Source: Eledone cirrhosa (lineage: Eukaryota). From it: DNA of 64,000 nt. Of the stretch, positions 1 to 43,922 are shown piece by piece (position 1 is the stretch's first letter; every line of letters begins with the position of its first letter). The stretch spans positions 806,001 to 870,000 of the forward strand of contig OZ024747.1 of NCBI GenBank assembly GCA_964016885.1, in the 5' to 3' direction. A model generated the notes under the pieces. The model was not told the origin of the DNA and made no database searches. It saw only the letters and a list, made by a program, of their open reading frames with translations. The translations under genes and the position numbers were made by a program.

Positions 1-469
1 TGACTGCTTAGTGTCCATGTTGTCTGGTGAAGTGAAAAAAAATATATATAAGTGTGAATGAATGTGGGATCTATTAAAATAATAAGGGAGTCAGGTGAAT
101 GTATTCTTGAAAGTCTATGTAGGATGTCAGTGGTTTAGTGGTGTTGGTGAGGGGCCAAGTGCTAGTGCTGGGTGACAATAGAGTATGATACTTACTGAAT
201 CCATGGTAGATAGAACAGAAAGATAGTCAACTGTCAATTTAAATATATACATGCATATACATTTATACACATTATACATATATATATATATATATATATA
301 TTCCAAAGATGTTGGTGATATTGAAGGGCATCTAGTTGTAAAAGCCATGCCAAATAACATGAAAACATACACAAGCCATACAGGAAGGAAGTAACTCTAA
401 ATAAGTTCTGTTACAAACAGTGGCATTCATGATAACAAAGATAGCCTGTATTCTCAGTTGTAGTGCATA

Positions 470-1070
470 TCAGATAATGAAAGACTAGACACAGTAAGAC
501 ACATCTATGGAAAAAGGCATATAAAATGTATGTGGTAGATGTACAGGGATAGTTGGCTTTTTCCAATCCTAGGAAGATTCTATAGAAGTGGTTGATAGCT
601 TCTGATACCTAGGTGATATAATTAGCAGTGCAGGAGGTTTCTTCAAGAGCAAAATAGCTGGAATAGGATCGAAAAAGTTGAGGAAGATACTGTGTTGATA
701 ACAAAATGTTTCTTTCTATGAAGAAAGAGCCATCTGTATGATACTCCATGGAAGTGAGACATGGGCAGTGAATGCAGAGAGTTTGCAAAGGTTGAGAAAT
801 GAAGCGAACATGCTTCAATGAATGTGCATGAACAACGCATGGAAAAATTGGGTATAAGAAGAAGCAGGTGTAGTGTGCAAAAGAAAAGACTGTGCTGGTA
901 TGGACATGTGATATGTATGGATGATGAACACCGGGTGAAGTACCAAGTAATCTGCAGTAGAGGAAGACCTGGCTAACGATCATGAGACCTAATCCCAAAT
1001 CGTCCAACCCATGCAAGCATGGAAAAGCAAATGTAAAATGATGATGACGATGATAGTGATGTATCATCAT
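470..1070 (+). mobile_element. Old degenerate RTE LINE 3' fragment
   Basis: Decayed matches to the RTE C-terminal coding sequence (catggaagtgagacatggg, tggtatggacatgtg) and the shared tail aacccatgcaagcatggaaaa...(ATG)n. Confidence 0.75.
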
Positions 1071-1999
1071 CACTGTTTTATGTCTATTTTCTATGTTTGT
1101 GTGGTTTAGATGGGTGCTCGTCTGGGTGTGTTTTATTGTGACACTAACACTTCCACATTCCAGTGTGACCTGAGTGTATTTTATTGTATCAATATTAGTT
1201 TATTTCAACACTAGTGCACTTACATCCTTTGTTGTGCTTTGGAGGACAGTAGTAGGGAATGGGTGACTGAGGGAAGAAGGCAGAGTTTGGGTTGCTTGTG
1301 GAGGGTGAGGCAGTGTAGCCTTAAGGCAAATGGCATCTACCAGCATTGTTGGGTGAGACCAGCTTTCCATACTAGCATGGTTGTTTAAGGAGTGGGGGAA
1401 TTGTGAGGGGGTGGTCCTAGAGATGGTCGGAAGGGAAAGAAAAAATGAGGAAACAGCGTCTAGCAATACAGTGAGGATGATGAATGGGGCAGCCTAAGTG
1501 TTGTTACATCTTTTTGCCTTTTACAGCCATCCCCCTCTTGCTTGTCTCATCCTACATGTTTAACGATGCAGGTCTTCAGTAATACACCATATTACCAGCT
1601 GACTTGATCCTCTCTCATCTCTTCTATGAAGTCCAACTTTGTAGGTTAGCTGTTACCACTTCGTCCCATGTTTTCCTTTGTCTTTCTCTTCCACAGGTTC
1701 CATTAACTTTGTGTGCCCTGCACTGTATATATTTATGTAGGTATATATGTATATATGTGTACACATAACATGGATCTCATCAATATATTAAACAGTACAC
1801 AGATACAGAACAGATATACCAGTACACAGATACACATCAGTAAATTAAACTTTTGCTATTATAGTTTTCTCATTCATGTCTTTAAACAATGTAATAACAA
1901 ATACAATGTAATAATAGATGTAATGTGATTTACATGAAATAAAACACTGCAACAATAACTTCAATGTTTCTTCTATGTCAATAATATCATCAGTTAATT

Positions 2000-2192
2000 G
2001 TAGGTGTAAGATACATAATGTGAGGTGTAAGATACATAATGTGAGATGTAAGATACATAATGTGAGATGTAAGATACATAATGTGAGATGTAAGATACAT
2101 AATGTGAGGTGTAAGATACATAATGTGAGATGTAAGATACATAATGTGAGGTGTAAGATACATAATGTGAGATGTAAGATACATAATGTGTA
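2000..2192. repeat. 21-bp minisatellite (GTAAGATACATAATGTGAGRT), about 9 copies
   Basis: Direct tandem repeat. Confidence 0.95.
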
Positions 2193-2475
2193 AGGCTGAA
2201 AGGTGAAGTAAAGTAAAATATAAAGTCTCCTGTTTACCTCTAATGCAAAATAGGATAATAAAAATAATAATAATTATAAGAGGAAATATAAAACTGCTGA
2301 AGTTAAACAAGATAAATTCTTGAAAAAAAAAAAAAATTGTTTTTTTTAATGATTGGTTAGATGTGTGTGTTTTCTATTACAAGAGAAAGACAAGATTTAA
2401 ATGTGTAGTCAATACAAATTATTAGAGAAAATATATTTTATTAACATTATTTAACCCTTACAAACAATGTTAATA

Positions 2476-2536
<61 letters not shown>

Positions 2537-4489
2537 TAGTATAAGAATAAAGGAACAAAGAATCAGTGTTGCATCATTACATATTTAATAATGTGCTCAC
2601 CCAGCATACCAGTTACGAACACAATTATCTTGCACCTATACCCCTATGTATATACATATACACACACATGGTATAAATAGAAACTGATTGTGAAGGTGAT
2701 TAACACAATGTACTGTATATACACATGTTTAGTACATTATATATATATATATATATATATGGTATAAACATAGATTGTGTATAGTGTAGCATGTATACAG
2801 ATGGTATAAGGAGAGATTGATAACAAAAGTACCTGAGGTTAGCACTGGTATCAATAAGATCAACTAAAATTGTTATTACTGTTATAAGATCAACTAAAAT
2901 TGCTATTATTGTTATTACTGCTAAAGTTGAGGTGAACCTCGTGGGCCTTATAAAAGTATTCATACTGATCATGAGGGTCCATCTTCTAGCAAAGTTTTTT
3001 AATTGGATGCCTTTCTTGATGTCAGTCCTTTTAGTCACTTCTTATGACAGAGATATGGTCTACCTAAACTAGATACACACTGTTAAATAAATAGAATTTA
3101 ATATAGCTGTGATGACTGGCTTTAGGGTTGTCTCCATCTATTATTTCACATTCAAGGTCCTCATGGAAAAGAGGCCACTAGCGTTGAGTTGTATTTAGGG
3201 CATCAGCTGGCCTTCAGCCTTTTTCTCTAAATTATATATTGACAATTGACCAAGATAGTGGTATTAGAGCTTGATCTGTTAAAAATAGCAGTCAAATCTC
3301 TCTCAAATGACACAAAATAAAAAGAATACATTAGATAATGTTGTTACTGATATACAAAAAGACAAGATGGTCATGGTTGGAACATCCTTTGATTGTGGGT
3401 CTAATGAATCAGGCTTTACATGAGGTTAAACAACAATATTTTTATCACTGGGATGTAGCTTAGCTAAGGAAAAAATCTGCAAGAATTCTGTCTTTGATAG
3501 CAGAAGAAATTTGTGAGAAATTTTACAAGACATGGTGACTTGCTGATGTCAACATCTGAGTTATGATTTCTGATGCTGACACGAGAGGACGCGGAGGTTG
3601 TAGCTATAGTCAATTATGTTGATACCAGTCTATGACTGGTATATTATTTTATCAAACTAAGGAAGATAAAAGGAAAGTTAGACCTCATCAGAATTTCAAC
3701 ATAGAAGGGATGTAACTAAATACTATAATATTGAGAGAGTAGTATTACTGAAGAAATGTCTTCTGCCATTTACTTTCAGATCTTTGGATTCTAAGTTCAA
3801 ATCTAATGAAGGTAAACTTTGCTTTTCATCCTTTCAAGGGGTGTGAGAAGGAGGGATTCGCAAAAATAGTACCAGTAATACACTGGGACAATTCAACTGA
3901 CAACATTTATAAAGAACAAACATGTGAAATCATTACAATTATGTTCTTTAGCAAGGGTTCTGGTCATGCTGGAGTAACACCACAAATTATTATGAATAAT
4001 ATCATTATTATTATCTTCATTTGAATTGGCAGAATGATGAGAGCATCAGACAAAATGACTTGCAGTATTTGTTTCAGCTCCATTACCTTTTCAATTCATA
4101 CCCTGCCAAGGTGAACTCTGCCCTTTATTGTCAGATTCATTAAATAAATTTTCCATAAAAAATGCTTCGTGTGAAGTTATTATTGTTGTTGTTACAAACA
4201 AAATAGAAGAACAACAATAAATATTTGGAGAAGTTGAGATTGTTCCAATTTATTTTGATATGGCTGGGTATGTTTTCTCTGGTCTGTGGGGCAAATAGAA
4301 ATAAAATGAAACCACATTAATATATGTTTCTACATAGAAACATGCGGATGATAGTACTCAATACAAACAAGTAGAGTGGAATATTTATTCAACGCTGAAG
4401 TTTCTAATAAAAAATATAAATAAATAGAAATGAGAGCTATACTCTGCTGCCTTCGGTGCTTGATATTTGGAGTTGGGAGAAACTTGATA

Positions 4490-4980
4490 GAGAGTACTCA
4501 ATGTAAACTATGGGTGCACATCATATGTAAGCAGGCTAACAGGGAAAAGTGATATTGTGAGTGGCAGACATACAGGGATAGTTAGCTATTTAGCACTTAG
4601 AACACCAGTGAAGTATACTCTTTTCAATACAAGTAAAGCTCTTTAGAAGTAGTTGATAGCTTCTGTTACATAGGTGATCAAAGGTAGATTGTATGATGTT
4701 TGTATACATAGTGCAATGTTTCTTGATAGCAAGAATACTTCATTGAATGTATAACATTGTGCATGAAGGACAAAGCAGAGATGCATTGAGAGAAAAACTG
4801 GGTATAAAAAGAATTGGATGTTTGCAAGAGAGAAGACTGCACTGGCACCAACAAGTACTGTGCATGGATGACGACGATTGGGTAAAGATGTGCCAAGAAT
4901 TCCAAATAGAAAGAGATGTGATAAAGGAAGACTAAGGAAAACAGGCAGAAGTGTTGGAAGCTGAATTTTTAGATTTCTTG
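4490..4980 (+). mobile_element. Old degenerate RTE LINE fragment
   Basis: Encodes LREKLGIKRIGCLQERRLHW..DDDWVKMCQ, matching the RTE C-terminus. Confidence 0.75.
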
Positions 4981-5502
4981 ATTTTAAGCTCTGTATCCAG
5001 TTCAAAACATTTTCTCTTAATTCCTTGACGCATTCAACTATGAGAAGTTATCAGCAAACTGCAGTTCCCGTATATACTTAATTTTTAATTCTTCCTTCTG
5101 GTATGGTTTGGTGAAAAATGAAAGAGTAAAAAACTGATGGACACCTATCTTAATACTAAATTTATCTCTGAGCTCCTTGTACATGGCTTGCATGGTTTTT
5201 ACAAACTATTCACCTATACCTAATGTTCTTAGTGACTACCAGACTACAGAGAGTGGTACCCTGCCAGAGGCCTTCACTTGGTATTGTGGCCAACACTTAG
5301 CTAAGAACTTCTGTAGTTGTCACACTGGGAAAGTAAATCAGTAGAACTTCATCAGCAATAGTTGTGTGGGACTGTGAAATGTAAGTAAAATATGAGAGTT
5401 GTGAAATGTGAGAAGAGTGGGGATAGTGAACTGTAAAGGGTAAGATTGTGTATGAAATGTGAAACTAATGGAGTGTGGGTATTGTGAAAATAAACAAATA
5501 TC

Positions 5503-36020
<30,518 letters not shown>

Positions 36021-36517
36021 GTTGGTCTGGCACCTATTATAAAGAAACCGTTTTGAATTATGTATACATGTGTGTATATAACGTTAGAACTTACATTTAA
36101 GTTATAAAGTCTTACTATAAATGTATAGTCTTATTATATATTTGTAGAAGTAATTTGGTATGAATGCTAAGACAAACTAGATAGTAGCTCAGTTAATAGA
36201 AACAAATACATGCGTGTTTGTGTGAATTTCTAGTTGAGAAATTTTTATGTAAAATAACCAGTATTACTACCTACCTTGATAACTTGTAATCTTGAACGTG
36301 TGAATATATATATAAATTAGGATGGATTCAGTTTGAAATTAATTAAACCATTATTCAACAGTGTATTTGATGGAGTAGTAGAGTATGCTTATATTATAAA
36401 GAGTCGAGACCCGTTTCAACAGCTAGTTCCAGACTATATATTTATATATATTTATAACTGACTGCCAAGACTGGAATTGAACCATCAGCACAATTGAGGT
36501 ATGTTATACATCAATTT

Positions 36518-36588
36518 ATGTATTTTATCTGATGAGGACGTACTGAAAAAAACAGCACAGTACCTCCGAAATATATATAATAAAACAT
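36518..36588 (+). ncRNA. Minimal type-I hammerhead ribozyme candidate
   Basis: uuuuau-CUGAUGA(36529-35)-GGAcGUACUG..CAGUACcUCC-GAAA(36568-71)-UAUAUAUA|AUAAAA; intact core and palindromic loop III. Confidence 0.7.
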
Positions 36589-36854
36589 ATATTTTGATTA
36601 TGTGAATGTATCCATTTATTAATATTTTGAATAATATATATATATATATATATATTTAAACGTCTTAATAGTTTCATGTGGAGAATTAATTCTAAAGTCA
36701 GTTTTGTCTCAAGTTAAAAATTAACAATGGGGTGATGAAATATAAACATAACATTGTAATTCTGGATTGTAAAGTGAAACTTAAGATTTCCGAGAAATTT
36801 ACCCGACACATCTTTTACTTTCGATAATAAATCAAACGTTCCAACACGAGTTAC

Positions 36855-36900
36855 CTCCCTTGTAAAAACAATGCTGAGCAGAACTGGATTTTTGGTGGAT
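36855..36900 (-). other. Candidate non-coding 5' exon end of NMNAT
   Basis: Minus-strand GAG|gtaact donor about 820 nt upstream of the acceptor that precedes the ATG. No transcript evidence; the upstream boundary is a guess. Confidence 0.3.
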
Positions 36901-37310
36901 TGACAGTATCGATAGAGGGTCGGACGCCATGCTTTGACGTATAGAGTTACGGCCCTTGCCATTCTGAGTTCAAATCCCGCCGAGGTTAACTTTGCCTTTC
37001 ATCCTTACGGGGAGTCGATAAAATAAAGTACCAGTAATGCACTGGGTAATTGCTGGCCTTGTGCAAAAGGTAGAAACAATTAATGTCATATTATTGGTGA
37101 CATATGCTGCCTCCGTCTGGATTAGCAGAATCGGTAGAGCGTCGGACAACATGCTTAGCGGTATAGAGTTACCGCTAAGCATGTTGTCCGACGTTCAAAT
37201 CCCGGGGTCAATAAAATATAGTAATGGTACTGGTAACGCACTGGGGTCGATATAATCGACCTTCCATCCCTCTTCCCAAATTGCTGGCCTTGTGCCTATA
37301 GTAGAAATCA
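36893..37310 (+). mobile_element. Two tandem family-A SINE copies
   Basis: A/B boxes and core GCCTTTCATCCTTACGGGG..GATAAAATAAAGTACCAG; the second copy has an inverted duplication. Confidence 0.85.
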
Positions 37311-37746
37311 TTATCAGCAAATGGGGCCTATACGCTGGCCGCCCCGTGACCTCGGAAGAGCCATTCCAGCTGACGAGGCTCACACCTGCGAGTAGCCAAC
37401 CCTGTAGCGATGGTGGCAAGGAGGTGGTGCTAGGGCCAAAGACACCAGAAGTCTCCACTGCTGGAATTAGATAACAGCTGCTAGTTTCGAGGAAAGTGAG
37501 TGATGTTTGGCAGAACATGGTCGTGGCTTTTACTAATTAAGTATACATACACATCCAACATCCCCCCCCCCCCAAAAAAAAAACCTCTCTTCTCCTTGTT
37601 AAACACCACCAAAGTTATCTTGCACCCATGATATACCTATCATACTTCCCTTATCTTATTTCTACCCTACACCCCCATAGGGTAGAGGACCCTTTATTAG
37701 TCATTACACACACACACATATATGAATACATATACATTCATACACA

Positions 37747-37780
<34 letters not shown>

Positions 37781-37920
37781 AAAGGTAAACAGAAATAACA
37801 ACACAATCGGTACAGTATATGGAAGGAATATATTAGGTTGATGCTTAAGTAGCAGGAAGAGGGTCTTAACGTTTTGGACGCTAGTCCTTCATCAGAAGAA
37901 AGAATAGATACATATCTCAT

Positions 37921-38032
37921 AAAAAAGAAAAATGTAATTTTAGCTTAAGTTTAATATATTTTAATACTTCTCTGAGCTCAGAGAAGTATTAAAATATATT
38001 AAACTTAAGCTAAAATTACATTTTTCTTTTTT
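37921..38032. repeat. About 110-bp near-perfect AT-rich palindrome centred on GAGCTC
   Basis: AAAATGTAATTTTAGCTTAAGTTTAATATATTTTAATACTTCTCTGAG followed directly by its reverse complement. Confidence 0.9.
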
Positions 38033-39840
38033 TTCTTATAATTTATTAATATATCTTCTCCTTTCATTGAGATGTTTACATATTAGAGATAGTAAACTAT
38101 ATAAAGTTATAAATTAATATTGACTGCTCCATCAGTTGAGCTAATGTAGACGGTTTTGGTTGCTATTTCTAGCGTCAATATAAGCCTGTCGTATTACCCT
38201 AATACCTTAAGTAGATAATATATAGTAACACAACATGTATGTATCATATATAGTCAACTTTGGGTGGAATATAGTCATACAATAATTCAATGATACAATA
38301 CCATATTTTCCATGCAGTCTAACAGTGAAATGGTATGTATATATTTTCAACCTGTCCCCTTATTTGTAAGAATTCACCTCCCGATGAAAGAACTTTAATT
38401 CTTCCAATATTGGTTATTCCAATGTCTTGGAATTCCTGATGTATCTTGAGTTCCAGAAACCATGATTGAGGCGTTATATAAGTTGAAGCTGATTTGGCTT
38501 ATATCACCCCAAAAATGAAATTTTGGCTTAAGTTTAATATTTTATATATATGTATATATATAGGATAACAAAGTATCATTTAAGGTAATCCAGCTAGAGG
38601 TTGTGAGTACTCTGTGTCGAGGATAGTTTTAATGTACAGCGTTGTCTGACTCAACAAGAAGTTTCCTTATTAAGACTCACCTGATTAATGAAACAATTGC
38701 TAATACTGTAAATACTTTTGTACAGCCGACCATGTTATTCATCATTCTTTTACTATATATATATATACACACACACACATATACATACATATCTATACAC
38801 ACATATGTGTAAACACACGTGTGTACACACGTTATAGAAACATATTAAGACACTATAGAAATATTTATCAATCTAATCCAGCAGTAAATATTAAAATGTT
38901 ATCAATTGGCTCCCGTCAGTGGTCAACAGTGAGTAAAGGTCAAGAGATAATAGAGTTTCAAACATACCACCACAGAGAGAGGAGTCACAACAGTCATTGA
39001 TAAGGTCACAGTAAATGTGATGAATGTACTTTCACAATTAGATATGATAAACTATCATCATCATCGTCTAACATCCATTTTCCACTCTAGCATGGGTCGA
39101 GTTACTAAATTGAGGAATGGATTAGTTGCTTAATTAATAATGAAACTGAAGTGAAACACAACTGGTGTGTGTATTTTTATTGCTAACATAACCCTGCCAA
39201 AGTAGAACAATAAGCATATTTATATATATATCATCATCACTGGTTAACGTCCATTTTCCATGCTTGCATGGGTTATACGTGTTGTCCACGTCATGAGACG
39301 AGTCTGGCCAGATTGGCTGCAATGTACTTTGTTCAGACAGAACTGTAAAATTTGGCTGGAATTGTCCTTCCTAACACCATGGATGTCCTTCCTAACACCA
39401 ACCACCACATTTATGAGGAGGGACAGGCCAGTTAGCTGCACCATACCTTGCTCACAGCAGAACATAATTTGGGAGCCAGGTCGTCCCACAATGAAGGAGA
39501 TCTGGCCATTTGGCCGCACCAAGCCTTACACATGGTATAGCCCTCGGTGGCACTGTTATGAGGAGGGTCTGGCCAAGTTGACAGCGTTGTACCGTACTCA
39601 CACCTGGGTGGCACTGTTATGAATACAGTTTTGGTTATGTAGAAGTCATTTCTATATTAATTAATGATGCTTACACTCTACTAATGTATTGAGTAACTTT
39701 TTTAAAAGTGGTTATCCTCCGATTTTACTTGGGATCTACATATATGTGTGTAAGTAAAGTGTAAATTTTATATATATTAACCAAGCATATATACTACTCC
39801 TTTCTCCATATATTTTATAGCAATGAATGTAGTTTTGCTT

Positions 39841-41473
39841 CAGAGGGTGTAGTCTACCTCCACCATTAAATAGGCAGCACTAGAGTAGTCGCTAACCAAA
39901 GCTACAGACCCACTCTATCCGTCTGGAGATACGTTGTACTAGCTTACCAGCATACTAGTAGCAGGAAGTTGACTTTTCCGGCACTGCAGCGCCTTTCGGC
40001 GAGCCGTGCTGGTTTTGGATGGCCATTGACTCCAAGAGCTCTTAAGAGCTCCCAGGAGTTCCTTTGTCCTTTGACAGGTTTTGTTTTTAGTCCTGCAGGA
40101 TGTCCAAAGTCAACCACTACACGGAGGAGAAAGCACCTTCTTCAAAACTTGGCTGTCAAATTCTTTCACATGTGTGTAGTAGTGGCGCCCACACACATTA
40201 TTAGCTATTTGAAAAGATGATGGATTTCGCAACTGACTGCACCAGGGTTCCTGTTCATCAGAGAACCACACTATATGGGGGACAGGAAATTCTGGGGCAT
40301 GAGAGTGAGATCCATCATCTCAACAGTAGTCGAAGAATGATGATGATGAAATAGGCAGAGAGTGTAGTCTACCTCCACCATTAAATAGACAGAGGGTGTA
40401 GTCTACCTCCACCATTAAATAGGCAGATGGTGTAGTCTACCTCCACCATTAAATAGGCAGAGAGTGTAGTCTACCTCCACCATTAAATAGACAGAGAGTG
40501 TAGTCTACCTCCACCATTAAATAGACAGAGGGTGTAGTCTACCTCCACCATTAAATAGGCAGAGGGTGTAGTCTACCTCCACCATTAAATAGGCAGAGGG
40601 TGTAGTCTACCTCCACCATTAAATAGGCAGAGAGTGTAGTCTACCTCCACCATTAAATAGACAGAGAGTGTAGTCTACCTCCACCATTAAATAGACAGAG
40701 GGTGTAGTCTACCTCCACCATTAAATAGGCAGAGGGTGTAGTCTACCTCCACCATTAAATAGGCAGAGAGTGTAGTCTACCTCCACCATTAAATAGACAG
40801 AGAGTGTAGTCTACCTCCACCATTAAATAGGCAGAGAGTGTAGTCTACCTCCACCATTAAATAGGCAGAGGGTGTAGTCTACCTCCACCATTAAATAGAC
40901 AGAGAGTGTAGTCTACCTCCACCATTAAATAGGCAGAGGGTGTAGTCTACCTCCACCATTAAATAGGCAGAGGGTGTAGTCTACCTCCACCATTAAATAG
41001 GCAGAGAGTGTAGTCTACCTCCACCATTAAATAGACAGAGAGTGTAGTCTACCTCCACCATTAAATAGGCAGAGAGTGTAGTCTACCTCCACCATTAAAT
41101 AGACAGAGGGTGTAGTCTACCTCCACCATTAAATAGACAGAGAGTGTAGTCTACCTCCACCATTAAATAGGCAGAGGGTGTAGTCTACCTCCACCATTAA
41201 ATAGACAGAGGGTGTAGTCTACCTCCACCATTAAATAGGCAGAGAGTGTAGTCTACCTCCACCATTAAATAGACAGAGGGTGTAGTCTACCTCCACCATT
41301 AAATAGGCAGAGAGTGTAGTCTACCTCCACCATTAAATAGACAGAGGGTGTAGTCTACCTCCACCATTAAATAGACAGAGGGTGTAGTCTACCTCCACCA
41401 TTAAATAGGCAGAGAGTGTAGTCTACCTCCACCATTAAATAGGCAGAGGGTGTAGTCTACCTCCACCATTAAA
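39841..41473. repeat. 34-bp minisatellite (TAAATAGRCAGAGRGTGTAGTCTACCTCCACCAT), about 33 copies at 40349-41473 plus one orphan unit at 39841
   Basis: Direct tandem repeat with essentially two variable sites; a roughly 470-bp insert ending in (ATG)n separates the orphan unit from the array. Confidence 0.95.
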
Positions 41474-42439
41474 AATTGACAGAGTTGTTAGAACGTCAGA
41501 TAGAATGCTTTAAGGTATTTCAGCTCTCTGAGTTCAATCTTGCTGAGGTCAACTTTGCCCTTTATCCTTTCAAGGTTGATAAAAAAAAGTATCAAACTAG
41601 AACTGGGGTTGATTCTTCCTCTATATCTTTTTCTCATTTCCTCTCTCTCACTTTCTATCCTTCTCTGGAAATCTGCTGTACTCAGGCCTGAAGCGGGATG
41701 GGCTCTACCGGGTTTAAAATGCCTAAGAAACGTTGTATGTCACTATGGCGCCCCTACAGCTCCAGGAGTTACGGGACTATACATACATATCTCTTGCGCA
41801 TCCACTGTCCACACTAAGTGCACTGTATGGCTTTTTTAAAAATCTGATGGAGCCTGTCTCCTTTCCAGCCGAATTCTGACAGAGAAAGAGAGAGTAAAAT
41901 GCCAAGTTGACCTCAGTGGGATTTGAACTCAGTGCTGAGAACCAGAAGGAACACTGCAAAGTACTGTGTTCAATGTTCTAAACGAATCTGCCAATTCCCA
42001 GCCTTCACTATAGGTTAATATCTGTAGAGAAAACATTGACTCAGAAAGAATCATGTTTTGGGTAGACTAGAATGGAGTGGATAGCTGGTTACTTCTGCGG
42101 AATAGAAACTGTTGCAGTAGTGGTAGCAGAAAATGACAGAGACGATATAGTATGTATATTGATGTGTCATTCATTGAAGTGTTGTTGAATGAAGGCTTAG
42201 ATGTTTTGGGGTGGTTTTGATGAGATAAATACTGTGTAGTAGATGCGACTATAGATTTTAAGTGAACACTTTGTCTTATATATATCTGCGTCTATATATA
42301 CTTTTGTCTTTATATATATCTCCGTGGGAAAAAAGGACCAGCCAGATTAGTTGGGATTTCTTTTTAACGAGCTAGAGTGTGTTTTCAGTGAGATTTGGTT
42401 GTTGTTTCTAACGGTTTGAGCGACAACGTAGAGGCAAAA

Positions 42440-42485
42440 TTATTGACGGAAGTGCTAGATATAACGAATGCTGTGACGTGTGTTT
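42440..42485 (+). promoter_or_regulatory. Possible promoter motifs upstream of the FANCC-like gene (ETS-type CGGAAGTG, CRE-like GTGACGTG)
   Basis: CGGAAGTG at 42447-42454 and GTGACGTG at 42473-42480 in a locally CpG-richer, apparently unique stretch. Confidence 0.25.
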
Positions 42486-43922
42486 ACAGGGAATATTAAC
42501 TAAAGTGAAACTGGTCTTAACAAGAAACTAAAGCGATGAATTGGGTTCGGCTCTAATATAAAGATTTATTTGAAGCAAGTAGAAACATGAGATAATGTGG
42601 CATTTCCCGTTTACAATAGAGGTGTACGCATAGCTGGAGCAGTGGCCGTAAGGCGCTTAAAAGCTTATGGTGACCTCACCACCCCATATATAAAGATTAT
42701 GGTGACCCCACCACCCCATATATAAAGTCTGCAAAGAAAAAAAAATTTAATATAACAAATGCAATTAATTTGAATAAAATGGTGCCCCTCTTCTCTTGAT
42801 GGCATAACCATCAGCTACCTTTTCTTAACGGTTTACCCAGTCTTGAATGTAAAATATAGTTACATCAATCGTGGTACAGTTTTGACCTGATTGTGAGTTC
42901 TCGCTTTATTCTTTTAATATACTGGACGAAACCTTACTGGAAAAGACCAAAGTTGAAAGCAGGGTCTAGAATCAAGAGACCCACAACCCAACCGATCAAA
43001 AACAAGTTTTAACAGAGTTTTAACATGTTGGACTTAGGCATGTGGGTCACTTATAGGAGAAACGTGGACGGAGAGAAGCGGGATATTGCCCGAATTCTTG
43101 CAACACATGGAACTCCACTGAAAACAGTGGTCACTGAAGTCCTACAGAGACCATAGGTAGAATACCTTCCTTTACATGTAACCAATAAATACAAATAAAC
43201 TAAAGACGAGGTGTGTTCTACAACATTCTTTCTTTGTCAACTACAACCCAGCTAATAATATCTGTTTAAATGATGATTAGCTTACATATTTTTTATATGA
43301 TGCTTCATATATACAGTGGATGAATAAATATGTCTTGCTGTGATGACCATACTTATTCCAATATACGGTAAAGTGTGTTTTCTGTGTTGAGATGAAACTA
43401 AAATGTTACTTACAGAACTTAGGACAACACCAAGGGGACATAACTATAACAGACTAGTAACTTTGTTTTTACTTCTTTGTTTCGTATTCAACTTTCGCTT
43501 TTTTCGTTTATTTTTTAAATAATTTTACTTTTATTATTATTTGAGCAAAATAAAATGTAAATATTTTCATTCACAACTGAGACTATTATTTACAACAGAG
43601 TTAATCTGTACTTCACAATCTATGTGTGACCCCCACTATCAAGCGTGATCCTAATACCAACACTGTTCGTACTGCACTCTTTGTTATTTACTTATATATA
43701 TATGTATATATATATATATATATAATTATTTCTACTTTAGGCACAAGGCCAGCAATTATCCAGTGTATTACTGGTACTTTATTTTATCGACTCCGTAAGG
43801 ATGAAAGGCAAAGTCAACCTCGGCGGGATTTGAACTCAGATATAATATATATACGTGTGTGTACGTGTGAGTGATACGAAACTAAATATATCAGCTCCTA
43901 TCTAAAGCCAGTGTTGACAGGC

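Noticed and set aside
1975-2310. (RCKIHNV)n ORF
   Set aside because: Translation of the 21-bp minisatellite.
2830-2990. Possible downstream alternative NMNAT exon (AG...GT-bounded open frame)
   Set aside because: No recognisable homology, contains an internal duplication and abuts a repeat fragment; unsupported.
40349-41473. CRISPR-like regular 34-bp repeat
   Set aside because: Units are contiguous with no unique spacers, there are no cas genes, and the context is eukaryotic; it is a minisatellite.
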